Of a stretch of DNA of 64,000 nt, positions 39,868 to 50,187 are shown piece after piece; the first letter of the stretch is position 1, and the number at the start of each line of letters is the position of its first letter. The notes beneath the pieces were generated by a model, which was given only the letters and a program-made list of their open reading frames with translations, was not told the DNA's origin and did no database searches. Location: the NCBI RefSeq assembly GCF_026210795.1, contig NC_089433.1, positions 4,836,001 through 4,900,000 on the forward strand. Reading direction: 5' to 3'. A program made the position numbers and the translations under genes. This DNA comes from Rhizophagus irregularis. Its lineage: Eukaryota.

Positions 39868-41176
39868 ATGCCTGTATTCTCAAACCCCGTTATCCCTGCA
39901 ACAACGAGCACCATCAACAATAATAGTTTGCCGGACAAATGTATGTGTGTCGATGGAGTTTGTCGAGATCCTTCACACAAACACTATGCTGAACAACAAA
40001 AAAAACAACAAGAACAATTAAGGCAACAACAACTGTTGCAAAAGAGAAAGCGACGTCTTTCTCTTACAACGGAAATTTCATCAGTTAGATTATTACCAAC
40101 CACAACTTGTTCACTTTACTCCGGTTCAAAGTTCAGAGGTGAACAACGAAGTGGTAGAAGCAGCTATGACGTCTCCGTTCATATTCAGGTAAAAAAAATT
40201 TATTTTACGAAAGATCATCGATGTATTAACATATGAAATTAGATCAGAAATTGCGAGAAAAAAAAAAAATCTTAATTTTTGGAGGAATGAAAATTAAACT
40301 TGGGTCAAGAAAAAAAAAAAATTTATGATGATTATAATAATTTCAATACAAAATTCTTGTCGGATTGACGAAATAAAAGCGATCATTACGATAGATTTCA
40401 ATTTAGAAAAGATTTTTATCGACGAAAATTTTCCATAACTAATTAAAAAAAAATTTTTTTTAGCATGTTGATCTTTCAGAATCATTCTTGTGCGGATATC
40501 TTCATATTCAAGGGCTTACCGAGGACTATCCTGAGTTGACTACATTCTTTGAGGCGGAAATTATTGGCAGAAAATATTCATTTCTTACCAAGAAATGGGA
40601 CGCCGATGACAAAGTAGATATACAACATTGGGTATGATGATTTTTTAAAATTATTAAAAAAAAAAATATTATTTTGATTATAGCTTTATTGATTTCGTTA
40701 TTCTTGTAAATACGGACTTTTTGATTCATTGAAACAATTATACAGACTCGTTTCCCGGCTTTTCGCCCCCTTAAAAGTCATATGAAAAATGACGGATTTG
40801 TTTATGACTTTCATAATAAAGATTTCATCTTTATGAGATGGAAAGAACATTTTCTTGTACCTGATCATCGTGTTAGAACTATTAATGGTGCTAGTTTTGC
40901 TGGATTCTATTATATCTGTTACCAACTAAGTACAGGGATGATTACAGGATTTTATTTCCATAAAAGTTCGGAGCGGTATGTTTTTTTTTTTTGATTGAAG
41001 GAATGGGATGAATAGATTGATGTTGGAATTACTTGATTTGAAGGGTTCAGGGTAATGTTTTGGCTGATCATTCGTAGATCCTAACAATATTTTTTTGCTT
41101 CTTATACAGATTCCAAGAATTAAAATTACGTCATTGTCCGGACAATAATTCTTTTCCTTCATTTGAATTTCGATGA
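39868..41176 (+). CDS. GID4: GID/CTLH complex substrate receptor Gid4/Vid24, 4 exons
   Basis: [76 protein letters not shown], and C-terminal SFEFR. Confidence 0.95.
41001..41073 (+). ncRNA. Candidate intronic box C/D snoRNA (last GID4 intron)
   Basis: Terminal stem GAATG/CATTC, box C-like GGATGA, box D CTGA (41064-41067). Internal GTTGGAATTAC is antisense to the conserved 18S rRNA sequence GUAAUUCCAGC. Confidence 0.5.
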
Positions 41177-42017
41177 AAAAAGACCAAAATATTAATAAAT
41201 TAATAATTATTCCTTTCTCAACTACAAGAAAAAAAAATATTTTGTATTTTATTACAAGGTAGCAAAACAGAAAAAAAAAGAAAAAAGAAAAAAAAATAAT
41301 AATAAAGTATTTTTAATCCTTTTTATTTTGATCTCTAGACGAAAAAAAAACATTTCCCTCTTTTAAAAAACTATTTTTTCTAATTTACATCTAAGGCTTC
41401 TGTTTTGCTAGAAATAAGCTTGCGGTATGAGATTTATTTGCGGGGGAATTGATGTAGTTTTTTGATGATTTTTATTTTGATTGATTTTTTTTTATTTATT
41501 TTATATGTTATATACAAACTTTTTTTAACTTTTTATACTCTAATCATTTCCCCCACATCATATTCTTTCCTGCACAAATAAAAAATTTTTATATTGTATA
41601 TTGTATTTATTTATCATTACTTGATGATAAGAAATTTTTTTCTATTTATGATTTTTTATCTTTCTTACCATTTTGTATTTAAAAATTTATATATATATAA
41701 CTCACATTAACACATTATTATATATAGGACAAACTGAGAAGAGATTATTTATTTATATATTTATTATTATTATTTTAAGTTATTTATTATTTATATATTG
41801 AGAAAAGAATAATTATTTTTTATAGTAATTATTTTTGGTTTTTTTGATCGAAGGAAGTATATATTATATATTATTATTATTATTATATCCAAAAAATTAT
41901 AACAAAAATTATATGAACTTTTTTTTTTTTTTTGCGGAAAGGAATTTCCCTCTTTTTTTTTTGGTTGTTCCAAGCAGTTTTAGTAGTTAGTACATTATGT
42001 CTGGAGAAAAAAAAAAA

Positions 42018-42048
<31 letters not shown>

Positions 42049-42171
42049 CAAATTTACGCGTTTTCTTAGAAAGAATTTATATTATTTTAGAATTTATATT
42101 GGATATATAGGAAATATGAAACGGGAAGATGAAAAGTTTTTTTTTTTCTTTTTTTTTTTAAAAAAAAAAGG

Positions 42172-42195
42172 AGAGAGAGAGAGAGAGAGAGAGAG
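42172..42195. repeat. (GA)n microsatellite
   Basis: About 12 GA units. Confidence 0.9.
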
Positions 42196-42940
42196 GGAAT
42201 GATTAGATTTTACTTATAAAAAAAGGCCCATTACCCATTTTTTTTTTAAAAAGAAATTTAGGGATTCTTTTTCATCATCATCATCATAATTGTTTATCAC
42301 TTTTATTAATTTACCTTCCAATTTTTCTTACATGATTTTTTTTTTATTATTTTTTTTCCTCTTTCCCTTCTAAATATATATTATCCCCGCATAAATAACA
42401 TTCAAATATATACACATATATATACAAATATATACGCGTAAAAAAAACTCCAATTCAACCTTTCCATATATCCATACTTTTTTTTAGATTTTCTTTTTTT
42501 TTATTTTAAATAAGGAAAACTTTGTAAAAAAAAAATGAATAAAAAAAAGAGTTAAAAAAAGGTCTCCTGGATATACCAATGTGCACGTGTGCACGTGGTT
42601 TATAAAGGTTCCAATAATTACAATAAATTACTAATAATTATTAATAATTCATTGTTCTAATCCAAATACGGAATATAATCATTGTTTCTTTTTAAAAACA
42701 CTTAAAACATAATGCATCAATCAAAGTTATAATATTTGTTATCTTGATAACAAAAAAAAAATAAAAATAAAAATAATAATGATAATGATAATAATAATAA
42801 TTATAAATATTTATAATAATTTAATTTTTTGACCAAATTTAGTTAAAATTAAAAAAATTATAGTTAAAAAGCAAATGATCTCGTACAACATCCTTTTTTC
42901 AGACGATTTACCCGTATTTTCCCATACACACTTACCTTGA

Positions 42941-44224
42941 TCAGATTCTCTGCGCAGTTAAAAAATAATTTACATCAAATTTACCTGGTATCCAATCTGG
43001 TAATTTACACCATTTACTGGTTATGGGATTAAGTCCTATTCCCGTTATATCTATTACTTTACCCCATTTATCATCATTTTTTATATTTTCGATGATTTTT
43101 TGTAATTCATCAGGTCTTAAATATTTTTGGAAATCATGTGTTCCTTGTGGCACTATTTTAAAAGTATTTTCTGCTAATAATATAGTCAATATATATGATA
43201 ATGGTGTACGAGAAATTGTTGAAAGGAATAAATATCCACCTCCAGGCTATTTTATTAAAGAAAATTTGTGTTTTAGAAAAGATCGATCATAAATAGTAAT
43301 AAAAAAAAATAATAATAATATTTCACAAATTAAAAAAATCGACACATCATCCAATTACCTTCACTAATCCTGCACAAGCTTTAAGAAATTCTACTGGATT
43401 ATTCACATGTTCAATAATTTCCATCGCACAAACAACATCGAATGTTTCTCCTTGTTTTAATAACTTTTCTATAAAAATAAAATTTCGTTAAAAAAAAAAA
43501 TCAAATTATTTTTTTGTGGTAACAAATATATATATATATATATTAAAATAATACCAGCTGTAATACATTGATATTCTAAATTTCCATGTAAAATTGGATC
43601 TTTTTTCGCATGTAATTTAGCAATCTTAATATTTTCATCTGACGCGTCTACTCCAATAACCGAACCACCTAATCTCACTAATGCCTAATAAACAATAATT
43701 AAGCAAACTGATTTAATGAGATCGATTTATAGGAAATATTAAATTAAATAAGTCAAACCTCAGTTAGAACACCACCGCCACATCCTATATCTAACATTCT
43801 TAATCCACGAAATGGATGATGATGGTGATACGAAGATGATGACACCTCATCTCCGATCTTTTTGTTTTTTAATTGTTCACGAATGTATGATATTCTTAAC
43901 GGGTTCATGGTATGAAGTAATTTTACGGGTCCATTTGGAGACCACCATTCATTAGCTATTTGACTAAATTTTGAAACTTCGGATTCATTAATTGTAGAAT
44001 ATTCTGGTGATGATTGTTCTGTACTTTATTTCGAATTTTAATATATTAATTAAACATGTACAAATAATATAATATAAATATTATAATGTATGTTTTAAAA
44101 AAAACAGACATAAAGTTTTAATTTACCGATAATACTTTCGAGTCAAAGCATGTATGCAAGCATATTTTGGCTTAAAAAGCTGCATAATATTCACATTTTT
44201 CGTTATTGTTCGTTTAAGAAACAT
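42941..44224 (-). CDS. COQ3: Ubiquinone biosynthesis O-methyltransferase Coq3, 5 exons
   Basis: STINESEVSKFSQIANEWWSPNGP..LHTMNPLR, LDIGCGGGVLTE, VIGVDAS, FDVVCAMEIIEHV, PGGYLFLSTISRT, VPQGTHDFQKYLRPDEL, VNYF. Confidence 0.95.
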
Positions 44225-44483
44225 ATTTTATTAAAGGTTTTGAAATTACTAAAAAAATTATAAATTTTTTTTTTTTTGCTTGGCATTTTTCTAATCCGTC
44301 TTTTATATAGTAAAGAAAAAAAAATTTGATAATCTTCCAGAATTAGAAGGCAACATGTGAAATAAATTTTAAAGATGTACAAATTTTTATCATTCTGACT
44401 TTATATATTCAATATTCAATTTTTTTTTAAATTTCTCAATTTCTACAAAAAATTTTTTTTTTTAATGACGGACGATAACAAGT

Positions 44484-46317
44484 ATGTCTAAAAGATTCTT
44501 TTTATGTGTTCCTAGAATTATTTTGACAATCAATCATACCTCGTTGGTCTTTCCTAAACCGATAATTTCTTATTTGAACGGCAATAAATTTGCTTCTACA
44601 ATAAACCAACGAAGGTTTGTTGGTTATTCAAAAATAATTATAGATCAAAAAAGTTTTTTTTTTTTTTTAAGATTTTAAAAAAGTTTAATTTTAAGACATA
44701 ATATTTTGACCAATATTATTTTTGTAGTCCCAAACCAAAAAAATCGAACGTTTATACTAGAACTGGGGATAAAGGTTTTTTTGTTTAAATTTTATGGTTA
44801 AATTTATGATTCAGATAAGAAATTCAATGAATTTTGATCAGTTTGGACTCCGGTTCGTTATTGGGAAATCGATAATTTTGGGCGCGTGAATATTCAAAGC
44901 TTTGTTAATTTCAAAACCCATTACTGGGATTGGGATTGAAGTTTGATATATGGGATTTTACTTGAAAAAATGGTAATACTTTAAGGGTTCAATATTTCAG
45001 TTTCCAAGTTTAATCAAACTTTTAGAGAAAAGAAAGAATATATCAACAAATTAAAACTAATGGTGTTGTGGTGTTGCCAGTGTTGTAGTGTTGACAGTGT
45101 TATGATGTTACACGTTAAGATAAAGCAATGCCATTATAATGAATCATTTTTATATTACACAGATTTTATTGATTCTTATCTGGATCATGAGCTAACATTA
45201 AATTATAGATTAATTTTGTTTTTTTTTTGGATAGGCAAATCAAGTCTTTTTAATGGAGAGCGAAGAAGTAAAGACGATGATGTTTTTAACGCGTTAGGAA
45301 CTGTTGACGAGTTGAGTTCAAGTATTGGGTAAATATACAAGTAAAGAATTTTTCCATATACATTCATTCTTTTTTAACATTTTATTATTTATTCTCTTTA
45401 TAGAGTAGCTAATCATTATTGTAAGAAAGCTGGAAATGGATTAGAAGATAAATTAGTTGAAGTAAGATGTAAGATTTTTATTATTTTAATTTATAAATAA
45501 TTTCTTTATCTAAAATTACAACTTTTTTTTTTTTTAATAAGATTCAATGTAAATTGATCGAAGTTGGATCCAATATTGCCACTCCAAGAAATTCTTCAAA
45601 TACGTCAAAATTGTGTGAGTATAAGTGAGGGAAATGGAGTTTGGATTTTTTTTTTTTTGATTCATAAGTGTATGATATGGTAATGATATGCGTAATTTTC
45701 TGTGATTTTCTAATGTAAAAATGCTAACCACATATTTTAATTTAGCGTTTACGTCATTCGATGAAGAAAATGTAAATATATTGGAATCTTGGATTGATAA
45801 TTTGGATAATGTAACTATATAAGTTTTAATACGCGTAATTAGAAAATTATCTCGTAATCACTATTTACGTGTCTTTTTAATTAGCAACTACCTCCTTTAA
45901 AAAATTTCATTCTTCCTTCTGGAGGAGAAAGTGCCGTGTTTTTACATCAGTGTCGCTCGGTAAATTATTTCACAAATTCCTTATCGTTATAAATTATAAA
46001 GTTTTAATATTAAAGATTTTTTTTTAGGTATGTCGTAGAGCTGAGCGTGTAACTGTACCCTTGGTGGAAGCTGAAGTTACAGAACAAAGTGTTGGAAAAT
46101 ATTTAAACAGGTATGTAATATGATTTTAATTCGTAATTGTTTCACAGGAGCAATACATATTTATTTATTTCAAATCTTTAATAATAGATTAAGTGACTTT
46201 TTCTTTGTGGCTGCAAGATATGCTGCTATGTTTGAAAAACATATCGAGAATTATTATGAACAAAGAAGAGATGATAGAGAAAGTAATTTGGTGAAAAGAG
46301 AATTATCTAAAGAGTAA
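44484..46317 (+). CDS. MMAB: ATP:cob(I)alamin adenosyltransferase (PduO/MMAB type), mitochondrial, 9 exons
   Basis: [96 protein letters not shown]. Basic N-terminal presequence. Confidence 0.95.
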
Positions 46318-46327
46318 TGAACAATAT

Positions 46328-46440
46328 ATATCGCTATGGTGTTGGAAGGTATACTGTATGTCGCTAAGGTAGGTATATATTGCTAAAGAAGGTATACTTT
46401 ATATCGCTAAGGGAGGTAAGTATATTATCGCTAAGGATGG
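46328..46440 (+). repeat. Five degenerate copies of TATCGCTAAGGNAGGTA just after the MMAB stop
   Basis: Motif visible at about 46329, 46358, 46378, 46402 and 46426. Confidence 0.75.
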
Positions 46441-46670
46441 AAAAATAATTTTAAAAAATATATATAACTTTTCTAATTTTTCGGGATGTATATTTTATTT
46501 TTTTTTATTCAATATGGAAAATAAATATTGGGACATAATTTAATTCTGGAAAAATATTTTTTTGTTACAATTATGCTTCTTTATTAAATGAACGTAATAA
46601 ATATTGAGGAAAAAAAAAAAACAAATAAATAAATATATTTTTTCAACTATACATAACTTACATGATGAAT

Positions 46671-47426
46671 TTATTCTTCCATATTAAAACTAGGTTCTTC
46701 ATGAGTATTTGATCCATTTACATAAATTTCATTATCTATTGCAATAAATTCTTCACGTTCAGAAATATTCATACTTATATTCATAGAAGAATCACCATTT
46801 GGAGAAGTAGGAGGTAATATTTCTGTTGAAGCTAAAAATTCTGGTTCTTCTGGAGCTGATGATGAAGTTAAAATTGGAGTAGAAACATCATTCGGATAAT
46901 GATAATCAGATTCTTCACCTTCCTCAGCTTCATCATCACCTTCCTCATCTAATTCTTCAAGATCTTCATCAAGATCCTCTTCTTCTTCATCATCATCTTC
47001 ATCATCATCATCATCGACTTCATCATATTCAGAATCATCATCATCTTCCGGAATTAATGGTAGATCGTCATCCTTTAAAAATAAAAGTGAATTTTTTCAA
47101 TTCTTTGTTGATAAATTTTGTATATATAATATTCTCATATAACATACCAAATATTCATTTGGCCTCATTTTATATACTCCAATGATAGGAGCTCTTCTAT
47201 TTTTTAACTTTATCGCATGTAACTTTTTAAAATAATAATAAAAAAAAAAAGGAATAAACTTCTGATATTTGGCGCGTTCTAAATTAGAAAGTTCACCAAG
47301 TACCTGAGCTTCATAATCTTCTTCTTCTTTATCTAAAGCAACAGCCTCATTTATCATGACCTCTCTAGAGGAATTTATAACAGTTCTTGGTTCAAGAGAA
47401 GGAGTCCAAAGGTAAGGTGAAGCCAT
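46671..47426 (-). CDS. ANAPC15: Anaphase-promoting complex subunit 15 (Apc15/Mnd2)-like, ~205 aa; exons 47426-47260, 47196-47148, 47072-46671
   Basis: N-terminal LWTPSLEPR, helix EAVALDKEEEDYEAQ, RAPIIG, then a long D/E tract. Same order as the recalled APC15 pattern LFPSLFPR..ELQQQEQQHQA..LVPIG..acidic tail. Confidence 0.65.
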
Positions 47427-47697
47427 TTTATATGAAAAATGAAAGAAAAGTGAAAGACAAGTGTAATTTCAAAACAATGAAAGAGACACAAAGGTGACAC
47501 TTATGAAATCACGTAAATGAATTGTATAAATGGTAAACACGTGATAATTACGAAAATGAAAATCATATACGGTAACAGTATGTTGATTTATTAATTAATA
47601 AAAAAAGTAACTAGAACACGAGATTTACATTAAAAAAAAAATAACAGATAAATTAAAATTGTTGTAACACCCAAGTGACCTAACACCTATCAAAAAT

Positions 47698-48075
47698 TTA
47701 ATCGGAAGTTTTATATAATGAAATAAATTGTTGTAAGTTATTAGAGAAATTATTTTCATTTTCAACAAATTTTTTTCTACGTTGTTTAAATTTTTCTTGT
47801 TGTTGACGTTTTCTTAACTGATATTGTAAAGAATAATCTAAAGTTGACATTTGTGTAGAGAATATTTCTTCTCTTGTTGAAGAATTTTGTTGAATTTGTT
47901 GAATTTGTTGAATTTGTTGGATTTGTTGATTTTGTTCGAATTTTCGATCGATTCTTTTTTCAAAAAAACTTGAGATTTGAAAATTTTCATGTTCTAATTG
48001 TTGTTTTTTATAATATTCACAAAATTTACAATCACACTGTCTATTAGAATCTAATAAATTATCTCTATAAAACAT
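47698..48075 (-). CDS. Hypothetical Q-rich protein (125 aa, single exon)
   Basis: ATG-initiated ORF with CDCKFC and (QQI)n. No known domain. Confidence 0.45.
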   Translation of the reverse strand: MFYRDNLLDSNRQCDCKFCEYYKKQQLEHENFQISSFFEKRIDRKFEQNQQIQQIQQIQQIQQNSSTREEIFSTQMSTLDYSLQYQLRKRQQQEKFKQRRKKFVENENNFSNNLQQFISLYKTSD

Positions 48076-48092
48076 TTATTATAATATTTTAT

Positions 48093-48185
48093 TTTATTAT
48101 GATAGTTTGTGGGATTTATTAGATTTATTATGATAGTTTGTGGGATTTATTAAATTTATTGTGATAGTTTGTGGGATTTATTAGA
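48093..48185. repeat. 3 x 31-bp tandem repeat TTTATTATGATAGTTTGTGGGATTTATTAGA
   Basis: Near-identical head-to-tail copies at 48093, 48124 and 48155. Confidence 0.9.
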
Positions 48186-50187
48186 TTTATTAGATTTATT
48201 AGTGAGTTCACTGAGTTGTTAGTGATGTAATATTTTTTAAAAATATTATTTTATTATTGTGATATTTGTATAATTTATTTGGCAAACAATAAAGATGAAT
48301 TTTAATAATTTTGCAAAAAAAAAATATCAGGCTCTTTTATATTTCTCAGATAAGGGTTCTAATGTAAGGGTTTTTTAATGATCGGGTTATATATAATATG
48401 CAGGATATACCTTAATACCTTTAAACTTTTATAATAAAATTGTTAACAATATTTTCATTTTTTTTATTATAATGTCTACGATAAATTACTTGCATTAAGC
48501 TTTAATTGAACATTGTTTTATATAATAATGTTGTGTTTCGTCATGATATATCATTTATCAATAAGAGATAATTTTCATTGATCTCTTTATTTAGTAGATG
48601 TGAAACCAATGCTTAAAAAAGTTTAAAAGATTTGATCAGTGAAAAGAAATAAAAAAAAAGTTCCTTTATTTGGATACTGATAAGTTTTAATACGTGTTAT
48701 ATACAGTTATGTAATATGTGTAATATGTATAATATGTAAAATGCAATAACTCAATTAGGGTATAATTAATAATATTTGATGTATATTCATGTAATAACAT
48801 ATGTAACTTTTAAACATAACAACAAACTTTAATATTTAATCTCATGATTCTTTATGAATGCAACTTAATTATGTATTATGTATTATGTATTATGTATTAT
48901 TTATTGTATTACACATTATTTAACGCGTTCTTTTCCTATGAGTATCATACTTAATTTATAGGTGACAAATATATTGCATATCAAATAAATTAAAAAAATT
49001 TGATGACGTTATTCATCACCCGTTTTTGAAATCCCGATTATATATATTAATAATGCAGTTATACTTTAAAAAAAAAAGGTGATAAACTATTTATTACAGA
49101 TTATATTATATGAAAAAATGATTTTTTTTTTGTTAACCTTTTTTGAAACATTCTTAAAGGCGTTAAAGCCGCGGGATTAATTAAATAGTTACATACGAGT
49201 TTTATCTTATTTAATTAAAATGAGTTTAATTAAAAAAAAAATCTTGATATTCAACTTATTTTATATTATTACACGTGATCTGCATTTTTTTTTCTTTTTT
49301 TTACTAGTTCATGGTTTCATTTTTTTGATTCAAAAGGATATTAGGATTCATTCAAAAAAGTTCAAATGTATTCAATGTAAAATGTAATCATCATAATTAT
49401 TAATAATTATTTCGAAAAACCGGAAAGTTTCTTACATTAGTTAAAATAATATGTTGTGAACACATATTAAATGAAAAAATTTTTTTCTTAAATTAGAAAT
49501 CATTTTTTTACATTACATTCTTTTTTTTAAAATATATATATATTTATATTCTTCCTTCTTTTGTCCAATTGTTCCCAATTGTGAAAAAAAAAAGTTTTTT
49601 TAAAAAAAAAACCGTTCAGTTAAACTTTTCCGTTTAGATTCATAATATATGCATTTATTATTATTATTTTTTTTTTTTACAGCATTGTTTTATTTATTAT
49701 GGTATTAATCAACAATTTAAATTTTTTTAGGAATCTATTATTTTTTTGGGAACCAATAAATTCTTTTTTAGATTTATTCTTTATCAATAATAAATAATAA
49801 TAACAGATAGATAATATTAAAATAATATTTTTTATTTTTTTTGCTGCGTAATCCCTGCTTCGAGGGAAAAAAAACAATTATGTAATTGTGTTTGCATGAC
49901 AGAAAATATAAGGTTACACAAGGCGATTTTTGATTTCCATAGAAGGTTGGTTAATTCTTTAGCCAGGTTCGTCAGGGGTTAAAATCTTTCCCGCAGAAAA
50001 AAAAAAAAGTTTAAAAATCTCGAGAAAAAAAAAACAACTTGTTTCATTGTTTCATACAACTTTAAGTTAAAAAAAAAAAAAATCTTTTTTCAATAATTTT
50101 AGAAAAGCAATTAATCTAATTGATCTTAAATTATTATCAGTTATATATAAGAGATTTTCTTTAAGGGTAAAAAAAAAAAAGAAAGAA

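Noticed and set aside
40325..40460. ATGATGA in GID4 intron 1 as a second C/D snoRNA
   Set aside because: No downstream CTGA box D, terminal stem or recognisable rRNA antisense element.
44775..45234. Telomerase RNA, RNase P/MRP or spliceosomal snRNA in the MMAB intron
   Set aside because: No CTAACCCT template, no GAAAGTCCCC or convincing P4 signature, and no U1/U2/U4/U5/U6/U11/U12 hallmark sequence seen.
48093..48185. 31-bp repeats as CRISPR repeats
   Set aside because: Head-to-tail with no spacers; an ordinary minisatellite.
49842..49998. TPP riboswitch on the minus strand (GAACCTG..GCAGGGA)
   Set aside because: Lacks the CTGAGA pyrimidine-sensor motif, and there is no thiamine gene nearby.
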